DNA of 20,000 nucleotides from the IMG/VR virus record IMGVR_UViG_3300020048_000108; one strand, 5' to 3'. The notes below the pieces were generated by a model. That model was not told where the DNA came from, made no database searches, and was given only the letters and a program-made list of their open reading frames with translations. How positions within the stretch are numbered: position 1 is the first letter of the stretch; the number at the start of each line of letters is the position of its first letter. Shown one piece after another: positions 1 to 7,196 of this stretch. Made by a program: the position numbers and the translations under genes. Source of the DNA: an uncultured virus (IMG/VR IMGVR_UViG_3300020048_000108) (taxonomy: Duplodnaviria > Heunggongvirae > Uroviricota > Caudoviricetes).

Positions 1-216
1 AGAAGAATAGTCTTGAGAAATTTGAATACTCATTCCATTCTGCACTAGATCAAAACAAAGTTGAACAAATGCCTTCAGAAAGATAAATGAGCATCCCCTA
101 CCAGGAAGGCAGAAGACAATCGATTTTCCTCTCATTCTTTCTTTAATTAAATCGTAATTCCACTCTTCGGTGGATACTCTTGGTGCTGCGGCCTTAACAG
201 TGAATCCTTTTGCCAT
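1..216 (-). CDS. conserved T4-like cyanophage protein, possibly glycosyltransferase-like (5' part; runs off the window)
   Basis: Manual translation from ATG at 216: MAKGFTVKAAAPRVSTEEWNYDLIKERMRGKSIVFCLPGRGCSFIFLKAFVQLCFDLVQNGMSIQISQDYSS, open to base 1; recognised from memory as a conserved cyanomyovirus ORF. Confidence 0.8.
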   Translation of the reverse strand, partial: MAKGFTVKAAAPRVSTEEWNYDLIKERMRGKSIVFCLPGRGCSFIFLKAFVQLCFDLVQNGMSIQISQDYSS

Positions 217-239
217 AACTTTAATTAATGTTCAGATCA

Positions 240-268
240 ATTTTATCCGTTTATTTATACTTTGTCAA
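240..268 (-). promoter_or_regulatory. sigma70-type promoter with nested T4-type late promoter
   Basis: Minus strand TTGACA(268-263)-17 bp-TAAAAT(245-240); TATAAATA at 259-252 lies within the spacer. Confidence 0.75.
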
Positions 269-281
269 TGAGAATAAATTC

Positions 282-491
282 CTAATCTCTGTTCACTAAC
301 AGTTCTTCGAATGATAGGTCATCTACAGTATAATCAGTCTTCATAAGACCAACCATATTTTTGAGAGTATTCCAAGTTGTTTTAAAATCCTCTTCTTTTA
401 TACAGTGAAATAAACACTGATCCTTTGCATATATGTGATATATTTTTTCATTTGCAGGCATAGAAATATTGGGGAAAATTTTTTCTTTCAC
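282..491 (-). CDS. conserved cyanophage hypothetical protein
   Basis: 69 aa ORF with KIYHIYAKDQCLFHCIKEEDF motif; fits the minus-strand gene run. Confidence 0.7.
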   Translation of the reverse strand: MKEKIFPNISMPANEKIYHIYAKDQCLFHCIKEEDFKTTWNTLKNMVGLMKTDYTVDDLSFEELLVNRD

Positions 492-493
492 TT

Positions 494-646
494 TTATTTT
501 GTCACTGCATTATATATCACCACAACACAAAATCCCAGTGCAATTAAAAATGGGCGAGGGTATCTTATCATCCATCCTGCAAGAACAACCTTCCAAAAAC
601 TCCAATATGGTTTCTGAATTGTGCGGAGGTTTTTGTAGGGTCTCAT
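494..646 (-). CDS. small membrane protein (50 aa)
   Basis: Manual translation MRPYKNLRTIQKPYWSFWKVVLAGWMIRYPRPFLIALGFCVVVIYNAVTK; ATGA overlap with the HNH gene stop; hydrophobic C-terminus. Confidence 0.7.
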   Translation of the reverse strand: MRPYKNLRTIQKPYWSFWKVVLAGWMIRYPRPFLIALGFCVVVIYNAVTK

Positions 647-1044
647 AGGTCCGGAGAATTTTTAAGTTTTAACCACTTCCCATTCGTCCCGTGCGGTGGG
701 CATATCCAATTTTCTTTTCTATTAATCCATCTCAAATTATTAACACTATTATTTTTTTTATCTCCGTTAATATGATCAACTTCTGATAAATTTTTGGGGT
801 TTTGTATCAGTGTTTCTGCAATTAATCTGTGAGTATAATATTTGATTTGTTTTAAAGTTTTTTCGTTTTCGTCCTTTAATGAAATATTAACAGACATGTA
901 TCTATCTTTGGGATTTACTCCACCTCTTGGATGTTGATTTATTTCAATTAACTCTAAAGTCTTATCGCGTTTTATTGGTTCTCTGAATACTCTACCGTCT
1001 TCAGTTACCCAGTATCCTTTGAACCTTGTGGGATGCTTTTTCAT
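643..1044 (-). CDS. HNH homing endonuclease (NUMOD4-like N-terminus, HNH_3 type)
   Basis: GYWVTEDGRVF N-terminus; HRLIAETLIQNP..EVDHINGDKKNNSVNNLRWINRKEN HNH motif; AT-rich. Confidence 0.9.
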   Translation of the reverse strand: MKKHPTRFKGYWVTEDGRVFREPIKRDKTLELIEINQHPRGGVNPKDRYMSVNISLKDENEKTLKQIKYYTHRLIAETLIQNPKNLSEVDHINGDKKNNSVNNLRWINRKENWICPPHGTNGKWLKLKNSPDL

Positions 1045-1175
1045 ACTCCGGAAATTTTTTATGAAAGAGAGATATAGGTCGAAAAAGACATACAGTGTAG
1101 GTTAGGGACTTAAGGGTTTTATATACGCCGCCCGCCAGTATAACCAATCAGCATCAAAACACTGTCGAATCACGT

Positions 1176-1205
1176 ATTATAACACTGCAGTGCCCCCAGA
1201 GTCAA
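1176..1205 (-). promoter_or_regulatory. sigma70-type promoter
   Basis: Minus strand TTGACT-18 bp-TATAAT, with TG extended -10. Confidence 0.65.
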
Positions 1206-1230
1206 CTAGGAGCACCACAGGTTGTATCAA

Positions 1231-1368
1231 TCAAGCAGCATCAAATACCTCTGCACAACTATCAATGCCCTCCTGTTCAATGTCGGCAACGATTGAATCC
1301 AGAATGGACAGAATCTCATTGCCGTTGTTACCTTGTGCCAGCAGGGAAAGAATGACAGACTTAGACAT
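1231..1368 (-). CDS. small acidic hypothetical protein (45 aa)
   Basis: Manual translation MSKSVILSLLAQGNNGNEILSILDSIVADIEQEGIDSCAEVFDAA. Confidence 0.7.
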   Translation of the reverse strand: MSKSVILSLLAQGNNGNEILSILDSIVADIEQEGIDSCAEVFDAA

Positions 1369-1447
1369 AATAAAGAAGAAAGGAGTAGAGAACTGTGTGA
1401 ACAATGAGTGTCTATTAGAGGGCGCATCTCATTCCCATTTGTGTGAA

Positions 1448-1723
1448 TCAGTCGCAGAGATCTTTCATCATCTCATTGATAGCAAGATCGTTAATCTTTG
1501 CCGAATCCCACTTCACACCGTCACCAGTCATATAATGATCACAGTTCATCATACAGCGAATGAACTTCTCATAAGGGGTCTCATTCGCTGCACAATAGAC
1601 TACACATGCCTTGGCAGTGTTATAGAGAAACTCATCATTCTGCATCCAGAGAGCAACATTCCAGGTCTCATAGTTTGTCCACCCATTAACAGTTTCGGTG
1701 CGGGTTGCAGTTGCGTTTGTCAT
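1448..1723 (-). CDS. conserved phage hypothetical protein (NGWTNYETWNVALW family)
   Basis: Characteristic NGWTNYETWNVALWMQNDEFLY motif; start moved to ATG 1723, downstream of repeat A. Confidence 0.8.
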   Translation of the reverse strand: MTNATATRTETVNGWTNYETWNVALWMQNDEFLYNTAKACVVYCAANETPYEKFIRCMMNCDHYMTGDGVKWDSAKINDLAINEMMKDLCD

Positions 1724-1757
1724 GGTTTCGTTTGAGTGGTTTGGGATGTGGTGCTGG

Positions 1758-1791
1758 TCCCTACACCTAGGGGACACTTTGAAGGCCCCAG
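1758..1791 (-). repeat. repeat family A copy 1 (34-bp intergenic element)
   Basis: tccctacacctaggggacactttgaaggccccag; its end pairs with adjacent ctctgggg (hairpin 1786-1809). Confidence 0.95.
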
Positions 1792-1819
1792 AGTAGATTA
1801 TCTCTGGGGTTGTGATCGT

Positions 1820-1990
1820 TCAGACTGCCTTACTGATACGATCAAAGTCTAACCAAATGGCACGATCTGTTCCGATTGAAGTCTCAAAGTCCCAGACAAG
1901 ATGTGTGGCATTCCTTCTATCAACACTGAAAGTCTCACAGATAGAATCTACTGCCTGACTGAAAGAAGTGAAACGTTTGATAGGAGTCAT
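1820..1990 (-). CDS. hypothetical protein (56 aa)
   Basis: MTPIKRFTSF...; ATG 1990 avoids overlap with the upstream gene. Confidence 0.65.
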   Translation of the reverse strand: MTPIKRFTSFSQAVDSICETFSVDRRNATHLVWDFETSIGTDRAIWLDFDRISKAV

Positions 1991-2024
1991 TTTGAAGATT
2001 GTATGGATGAATGTGTAAAGATTC

Positions 2025-2351
2025 TCAGGCAAGTCGCATTCCAGAGAAGAAAGGAATTGTGGAATACTCTGCACCCCACTTCGAACGCAGGAACCAAGTG
2101 TATGCCTTCTGAAATACACCTTCTCCTTCGATTCCGTGCACTTGAAGAATAGCATTCAGGCGGGACTTGGTGGTGTTTGACTGATACCCACCATCATAAA
2201 GACGAATGAAACCCTCACCAACCTCTGCGATCTTGTTACCGTGCAAGTATACAAAACTCACACCGTTAATGTTAACAACTTCGGTGTTATCTTGCTTCCA
2301 ATCAGTACCGTTGGTGATAGCAGCATTCATCAGAACTTCGATCTTGCGCAT
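2025..2351 (-). CDS. conserved phage hypothetical protein
   Basis: 108 aa with MRKIE..MNAAI..WKQDNTEV..VYLHGNKIA..GGYQSNTTKSRLNAIL motifs. Confidence 0.8.
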   Translation of the reverse strand: MRKIEVLMNAAITNGTDWKQDNTEVVNINGVSFVYLHGNKIAEVGEGFIRLYDGGYQSNTTKSRLNAILQVHGIEGEGVFQKAYTWFLRSKWGAEYSTIPFFSGMRLA

Positions 2352-2396
2352 GATGAGAATTGAGTGAGGTTTGAGTGACTTGGGGATTTTCGTTCT

Positions 2397-2430
2397 CCCC
2401 TACACCTAGAGGACACTTTGAAGGCCCCAG
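2397..2430 (-). repeat. repeat family A copy 2
   Basis: cccctacacctagaggacactttgaaggccccag. Confidence 0.95.
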
Positions 2431-2439
2431 GCATCTTTA

Positions 2440-2601
2440 TCAGTCCCGGTCGAACTCCTCAATGTATACTTCAACCCTCTCTGATGGTTCAAGGTTGAAT
2501 AGTTTTTCAAAGTCAATATCGCGGGCATTGAAATCACTTTGCACATTAAGATCCAGAGTGATTCGTACATGTTGCTTGTGTGCAATCTGATAAGAAACCA
2601 T
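2440..2601 (-). CDS. small hypothetical protein (53 aa)
   Basis: MVSYQIAHKQHVRITLDLNV...; ATG 2601 lies downstream of the promoter at 2633-2661. Confidence 0.7.
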   Translation of the reverse strand: MVSYQIAHKQHVRITLDLNVQSDFNARDIDFEKLFNLEPSERVEVYIEEFDRD

Positions 2602-2632
2602 GGGAAAGTCCTCCGTTTGTGTTGGTGAAAGT

Positions 2633-2661
2633 AGTCTAATATAGGGTGAGGTAGATGTCAA
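2633..2661 (-). promoter_or_regulatory. sigma70-type promoter
   Basis: Minus strand TTGACA-17 bp-TAGACT. Confidence 0.75.
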
Positions 2662-2736
2662 GTACCTTGGGGGTATTTATGAGGGGTTGTAGGGGATTTT
2701 GGAGGGGTTCTGTGGGGGTTTTGTGACCATGGGGTA

Positions 2737-2765
2737 TTGACAGATTTGCAAAGTGACGTTATAAT
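2737..2765 (+). promoter_or_regulatory. perfect-consensus sigma70 promoter facing a non-coding repeat array
   Basis: TTGACA(2737-2742)-17 bp-TATAAT(2760-2765). Confidence 0.85.
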
Positions 2766-2791
2766 GCATGCAAAGATCACAAGGTCTCGGA

Positions 2792-2906
2792 GGGTTTAAA
2801 TGATTCAAAGAGACTTACACCTGGGGGTTTAAATGATTCAAAGAGACTTGCTAACCTCAAGGGTTATAAGCATTCAAAGAGACTTGCTAACCTCAAGGGT
2901 TATAAG
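2792..2906 (+). repeat. tandem repeat array, period 33-36 bp (about 3.3 units)
   Basis: gggtt..aa...attcaaagagactt units at 2792, 2825 and 2861, partial at 2897; 35-nt exact duplicate at 2836-2870 and 2872-2906. Confidence 0.95.
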
Positions 2907-2981
2907 AGTTTTCCACAACTATCTAAAACACTCATATACATTAATTAATACATTTATAATCGTTTTTTATTGTTTTTTACC

Positions 2982-3296
2982 TTATTTTGATGGTAAATGA
3001 TGTTGTATCATCTCAATCCACTGATCTACCCATTCCTTGGATGCAGTAAACTTGATGGTTCTATTGTATTTCTTTTGTCCTCCAATGTGAGTATAAACAT
3101 CAACTGAAACATTGCGAGAATCTGATTCATCAACCTGGTATGCACCAAGGACTAACAAATGATTGAAACTATCAACTTGTGCAATAATGGCAGATCCAGA
3201 TTCGTTCGATTCAATATCCAGACTCCAAGGATTAGAGACAGGAGAGACTGCAATCCGATCAGTAACTGAGAGAGTAGTGTAACTAGTCATCATCAT
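2982..3296 (-). CDS. hypothetical protein
   Basis: 104 aa ORF in the gene run. Confidence 0.65.
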   Translation of the reverse strand: MMMTSYTTLSVTDRIAVSPVSNPWSLDIESNESGSAIIAQVDSFNHLLVLGAYQVDESDSRNVSVDVYTHIGGQKKYNRTIKFTASKEWVDQWIEMIQHHLPSK

Positions 3297-3310
3297 TTTG
3301 TGGTTTTTGA

Positions 3311-3513
3311 TTAGTTAAAACGTGATGCGAAAACTTGTGCATCTTTTTGTTTTTTGAAAGAGCGAAACTCTTTCGTTACCCAATAGCAATCACCTCGCAG
3401 AGTGTTTTCTTTGTAACAATCAACTTGAACATTCCAACCATTTTCAGACTTTCTAACCCAGACTTNNNNNNNNNNACTTTAACATCACCGAGAGTTGGAA
3501 GAATGTAAGTCAT
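3311..3513 (-). CDS. hypothetical protein spanning a scaffold gap
   Basis: ACTT is duplicated on both sides of the N gap; merging gives an open frame MTYILPTLGDVKVWVRKSENGWNVQVDCYKENTLRGDCYWVTKEFRSFKKQKDAQVFASRFN. Confidence 0.65.
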
Positions 3514-3537
3514 TTTGTGGCGAACTCCTTTGACTCT

Positions 3538-3741
3538 TTAAGAATAGCAGGTTTCAGACGCTGTGCTCATTTTGTGTGCCACCTTCTCAACTGGCACAGA
3601 GTAACGTTCTTTATACTGAATCATGTAATCTAGCAGTTCTCCAATATTCTTACGAACGTACTCATTGCGAAGTCCGGCATAATCATAAGCATCGTACAGT
3701 TTATGATACATTTCATCCCATTCTGTTTGAGTCATATTCAA
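3538..3741 (-). CDS. hypothetical protein
   Basis: 67 aa ORF whose C-terminus reads through a family B palindrome and -10 box. Confidence 0.65.
   Translation of the reverse strand: MNMTQTEWDEMYHKLYDAYDYAGLRNEYVRKNIGELLDYMIQYKERYSVPVEKVAHKMSTASETCYS
3541..3598 (-). promoter_or_regulatory. family B inverted repeat plus extended -10 promoter
   Basis: tgtgccac-cttctcaa-ctggcaca at 3575-3598; TGCTATTCT at 3549-3541. Confidence 0.7.
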
Positions 3742-3962
3742 ACCACCACATATTCAAGAGTTTGAATACACCAACCAGTTTCGTCAGTGATCATATCTGC
3801 AAGATACTCTAGAAAGTCTTCTTCATATTCAAAATCTTCTTCACATTCGTATACCTTACCAATCGTTTCGTTTGTGAGTTCAACCTGATAAGATTCGGGC
3901 AAAACTTCATTCTCATCATCACACTCGAAGTCATACTCAATATCAGTGATTTGAACTTTCAT
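3738..3962 (-). CDS. small acidic hypothetical protein
   Basis: 74 aa with ITDIEYDF...LADMITDETGWCI motif common in cyanophage small ORFs. Confidence 0.75.
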   Translation of the reverse strand: MKVQITDIEYDFECDDENEVLPESYQVELTNETIGKVYECEEDFEYEEDFLEYLADMITDETGWCIQTLEYVVV

Positions 3963-3994
3963 GATTGTTTGTTTGATGAAGTTGTGGAAGTTAA

Positions 3995-4174
3995 TCAGGC
4001 AGCACAGAAGGCAGAAGTATAATCTACTTCGCGAATCTCCATCAGAGCATAATCATAATCATTCTCAAGTTCCTCGCGGTAGGCATCAGCAGCAGACTTG
4101 CAATCGAACAGGCGCAGAGTATCGAACTCTGACCCGTCGTACTCATAACCACCGATCACAGCGTAGACTTGCAT
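3995..4174 (-). CDS. conserved phage hypothetical protein
   Basis: MQVYAVIGGYEYDGSEFDTLRLFDCKSAADAY...; start set downstream of repeat A (alternative ATG 4183). Confidence 0.75.
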   Translation of the reverse strand: MQVYAVIGGYEYDGSEFDTLRLFDCKSAADAYREELENDYDYALMEIREVDYTSAFCAA

Positions 4175-4202
4175 TTTGAACATTTTGGAGTTTTGCGTTG
4201 TG

Positions 4203-4236
4203 TCCCTACACCTAGGAGACACTTTGAAGGCCCCAG
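4203..4236 (-). repeat. repeat family A copy 3
   Basis: tccctacacctaggagacactttgaaggccccag; shares the following gcatctttatcag with copy 2. Confidence 0.95.
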
Positions 4237-4245
4237 GCATCTTTA

Positions 4246-4431
4246 TCAGATCAAGGTGGGGAATGGTTGTAGAAATACCCATTCATACTCTCCGTCTTCT
4301 GGATCTACCCCATCGACAACAAACTCGGAATAGATTGCATCTGATGTGGCATAATCTTTGAGAGATACAAAATACATACAACGCTCCATGAACGTATCAG
4401 TCAGGGCATCAATCAGTTGTTGTTTTTGCAT
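4246..4431 (-). CDS. hypothetical protein
   Basis: 61 aa ORF; stop 9 bp from repeat A. Confidence 0.7.
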   Translation of the reverse strand: MQKQQLIDALTDTFMERCMYFVSLKDYATSDAIYSEFVVDGVDPEDGEYEWVFLQPFPTLI

Positions 4432-4469
4432 AATGAAGAAAGTGAATTGAATGAATAGAAAAATGAACT

Positions 4470-4898
4470 TTAGAAAGTGCTAGAGAATACGAAACCATCT
4501 ACGAAATCAAAATCATACTTAAGATTCTGATTCCAGGTTGCTTCCCAATCAATCACCAGACCTGCAGGAAGACTATCATAACCATACACACTCTCATAGT
4601 ATTCTTCGGCAAAGGTTTCTTCATCAATGTATGAACCTTGATAAGCATGTCTTACGTTCTCAACATAACCCATATTGCCGTGATAGTTAACGAATGCATC
4701 GACAACATCGTAACCAAGATCCTCACCAACGCAGACGTATTCTTCATAATAGGCAATGAAATCATCTTCGGAGTGCAGATCAATGAACTCCAGAATGCAT
4801 CCAAGATCATAAGAATCTTCTTCGATCAGTTGTTGAATCTTCTCTAGAGTTTCCAGAGCAAACACTTCTTTGTAGTTAGCAGTCAGAGTGACGGTCAT
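4470..4898 (-). CDS. ardA: ArdA-like antirestriction protein (acidic DNA mimic)
   Basis: Very D/E-rich; AYQGSYIDEETFAEEYY...IDWEATW...YDFDFVDGFVF resembles the ArdA C-terminal domain. Confidence 0.75.
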   Translation of the reverse strand: MTVTLTANYKEVFALETLEKIQQLIEEDSYDLGCILEFIDLHSEDDFIAYYEEYVCVGEDLGYDVVDAFVNYHGNMGYVENVRHAYQGSYIDEETFAEEYYESVYGYDSLPAGLVIDWEATWNQNLKYDFDFVDGFVFSSTF

Positions 4899-4936
4899 TG
4901 GTGTAATGAATGAGTTTGAAATTGGACTTGAAAAGA

Positions 4937-5176
4937 CTATACAGTAACAGCAGACTTGCCGAAGGTACGAATCAACATCTCTTGAAACTTTTGCTTGTTA
5001 CCATTCTCCCAGCGGAGAAGATCTTCGGCAATAAGTGCATCATGAAACTGTTGAGTTTCCATCATCGACAGACCAGGATAGGCACGAGCATTCTTAATAC
5101 AATCGGCAGTGTAGTTCAACTGAAACTCAATACCTGCGTCGGTCGAATCTTTCACGAAGGAGTAATCTTTTTGCAT
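4937..5176 (-). CDS. hypothetical protein
   Basis: MQKDYSFVKD...; ATG follows an A/C-rich leader downstream of repeat A. Confidence 0.7.
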   Translation of the reverse strand: MQKDYSFVKDSTDAGIEFQLNYTADCIKNARAYPGLSMMETQQFHDALIAEDLLRWENGNKQKFQEMLIRTFGKSAVTV

Positions 5177-5192
5177 TGTGGTTTCGTTTGTG

Positions 5193-5226
5193 TCCTTACA
5201 CCTAGGGGACACTTTGAAGGCCCCAG
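5193..5226 (-). repeat. repeat family A copy 4
   Basis: tccttacacctaggggacactttgaaggccccag. Confidence 0.95.
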
Positions 5227-5238
5227 GTTAGATTATCA

Positions 5239-5415
5239 TCACAAAGGAAGTTTGCCTAGTGGTTTGCCTTTCTTGTGTGCTTCAATGTAATTTCGTGCTG
5301 ATGATTCGGTCCTGCAAAGTTTATCAAGTTGCTGACCATTGTGTATGATAAGATACTGATTTGCATACAAGATTCCTGCATATTCGCCATTATTCACTAT
5401 GAATCCTTTCTTCAT
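5239..5415 (-). CDS. small hypothetical protein (58 aa)
   Basis: Manual translation MKKGFIVNNGEYAGILYANQYLIIHNGQQLDKLCRTESSARNYIEAHKKGKPLGKLPL, ending TGA TGA TAA. Confidence 0.7.
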   Translation of the reverse strand: MKKGFIVNNGEYAGILYANQYLIIHNGQQLDKLCRTESSARNYIEAHKKGKPLGKLPL

Positions 5416-5536
5416 TTTTACACTTTCAAAAAAACAGGTGATTTTATTTGACTGGACGACCTTTCATACGGATGGGGCAAAAATCGCAGAAAATCACGTT
5501 TTGACCCCAGTGGTGGACTGGGGTCTCGTGTGAGAC

Positions 5537-6781
5537 TCACCTGCGAACGGTGCTGATAGCAGGTTCGCCCTCAACAAAAATTGTATTAACAACCGACTCA
5601 ACTGCGCTGGCAGTAGCTACACCAACCTTGCTGTACACTGGAATACAAACCAGACCGAACGATTTGGTATAGGAACTCAAATCGCCTGGTTGAATAGCAC
5701 CAGACTGCAACTTGGCAGCATCATCATGATGCAAACGAATGACTCGTCCAATAGTCTGCGAGATGGAAATAAAGTCCATGTTTCGCATAAACAATACTGC
5801 CTCAAGTCCTGACACATTGATACCCTCACTCAAAATGCTGTGATGTAGAACAACAAACTTCTTTGAGTTATCCTTACCCCATGCAGATAGGGTATCAAAA
5901 AAGACTTCACGATTGACTTTCTGACCATCAATAACCGCACCAGTCTTGGCAGTAATGTACATCCAAGAGTATCCACGTTGATTGAGTTTGGAGCAGAAAT
6001 CAGTTTGTGATACCAGTGCCACGATTTGCTTTGTCGTCTTTGCACAGATCAGAATCTTGCCGACAGAGTTCTCATCAATCGTTTCCAGAAGATTCTCTGA
6101 ATCACGATCGAAGTTAGTCTGCTTTCCGACTAACATTGGCAGTTGCTTGACTACAACTTTAGGGGGCACAATATACCCACCAGCAACTAGTTCAGGAGCA
6201 GCAACTTTGCAGATAACCTGACCATAAACCTCAACATCATTCATTCCAGGTTTACCCACTGCCAGACTATGTTTAGGAGTTGCCGTCAGGAAGAAACAAC
6301 GATTTGCATCCGCAGAAAAATACTCTGTTGCAGGAAAGAAGTTACGTTTGACGCTATTATGTGCCTCATCAAAGTAGATCGTATCCACATCAATCTCGGC
6401 ATCTTGAAGACGCGAAAGAGAGTTGTAGGTGGTAAAGATAATTTTGTGTGAGGACTTGTGATTCTCTACCCACTGACGAATTACAAGAGGACGAGTAGAA
6501 GATTCGTGATGCGTTTCTCCACTGTGAACGTGAAAGACTTCAGCATTGATGATAAACTCCAGAAACTCGCTAGAGAGTTGCTCTGCAAGCAGAATGCGAG
6601 GAGCAACAACAACAACCGTGTGAGGAGTTTCTGATTGAAACTGCCGAAGAGCATCATAGATCATCTTGAGAGTCTTTCCACCCCCAGTAGGAACAATCAG
6701 TTGACCCTTATCATACTTCTGCATTGCAGAAATACCACGTTGTTGATGCGGACGAAGTTGAGTTTGCATGAGATTCATCAT
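5537..6781 (-). CDS. superfamily 2 DEAH-box helicase (ResIII-like)
   Basis: Q-motif LRPHQ, Walker A PTGGGKT, DEAH, motif III TAT, motif V LSEGINV, motif VI QTIGRVIR; exact start uncertain (6781-6769). Confidence 0.92.
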   Translation of the reverse strand: MMNLMQTQLRPHQQRGISAMQKYDKGQLIVPTGGGKTLKMIYDALRQFQSETPHTVVVVAPRILLAEQLSSEFLEFIINAEVFHVHSGETHHESSTRPLVIRQWVENHKSSHKIIFTTYNSLSRLQDAEIDVDTIYFDEAHNSVKRNFFPATEYFSADANRCFFLTATPKHSLAVGKPGMNDVEVYGQVICKVAAPELVAGGYIVPPKVVVKQLPMLVGKQTNFDRDSENLLETIDENSVGKILICAKTTKQIVALVSQTDFCSKLNQRGYSWMYITAKTGAVIDGQKVNREVFFDTLSAWGKDNSKKFVVLHHSILSEGINVSGLEAVLFMRNMDFISISQTIGRVIRLHHDDAAKLQSGAIQPGDLSSYTKSFGLVCIPVYSKVGVATASAVESVVNTIFVEGEPAISTVRR

Positions 6782-6810
6782 CTAACAAGAGAACAATTTA
6801 AAGGACCCAG
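6782..6810 (-). repeat. repeat family A degenerate copy
   Basis: ctaacaagagaacaatttaaaggacccag; same orientation and intergenic context as other copies. Confidence 0.65.
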
Positions 6811-6812
6811 AT

Positions 6813-6974
6813 TCAGTTACCATTCAGAAAGTCGTGAATTGCTTCCTGATACTCTTCAAAGGTCGCGTAACGATTCTGAAGATGTTTGGGAACTTCCTTA
6901 CAGATAGGACGATTACATTCTGCAATCGTGTATCCTTTCTGTTGAACGTAGTCAGTATAAACGGATTGAGTCAT
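6813..6974 (-). CDS. small hypothetical protein
   Basis: MTQSVYTDYVQQKG...RYATFEEYQEAIHDFLNGN. Confidence 0.7.
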   Translation of the reverse strand: MTQSVYTDYVQQKGYTIAECNRPICKEVPKHLQNRYATFEEYQEAIHDFLNGN

Positions 6975-6981
6975 TTTGAGA

Positions 6982-7134
6982 TTAACGATAGTAGGCACAA
7001 GAAACCCAGGAAGGAATACCAGCAGCATCAAGATTAGAGTTGATACGATCTACCTCTCTCTCTGCAACTTCCTCATCATGAGTTTCATAAAGAAGTTCGG
7101 CATTGCCGTCTTGAGTCTGATAAATGTGGAACAT
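6982..7134 (-). CDS. small hypothetical protein
   Basis: MFHIYQTQDG...; start set downstream of repeat A. Confidence 0.65.
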   Translation of the reverse strand: MFHIYQTQDGNAELLYETHDEEVAEREVDRINSNLDAAGIPSWVSCAYYR

Positions 7135-7150
7135 TTTGAGTCGGTTTATG

Positions 7151-7184
7151 TCCTTACACCTAGGAGACACTTTGAAGGCCCCAG
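7151..7184 (-). repeat. repeat family A copy 5
   Basis: tccttacacctaggagacactttgaaggccccag. Confidence 0.95.
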
Positions 7185-7196
7185 GTTAGATTATCC

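Noticed and set aside
266..290. Possible frameshift or stop readthrough at the end of ORF 282-491
   Set aside because: An alternative ending (LGIYSH*) needs one extra T; this cannot be separated from a natural stop or a sequencing error without reads or homologues.
2792..2906. Tandem array as a mini-CRISPR
   Set aside because: Linkers are only 8-11 bp and two are identical; it is a tandem duplication.
3466..3475. N runs (also 10671, 15225, 17840) as biological breaks or pseudogenes
   Set aside because: They are uniform 10-N scaffold gaps; at 3466 the flanks overlap by 4 bp and restore an intact ORF.
5193..5233. Repeat A as an integron attC site (RYYYAAC next to copies 4, 5 and 7)
   Set aside because: Only some copies have RYYYAAC, there is no matching GTTRRRY at the other end, the element is too short and not palindromic, and no integrase is in the window.
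1448..7170. Shared MSPRC(R/K)D N-termini in the ORF track (1777, 5212, 7170) and TPRGHFEGPR peptides on the plus strand
   Set aside because: These come from translating repeat A itself; better ATG starts lie downstream.
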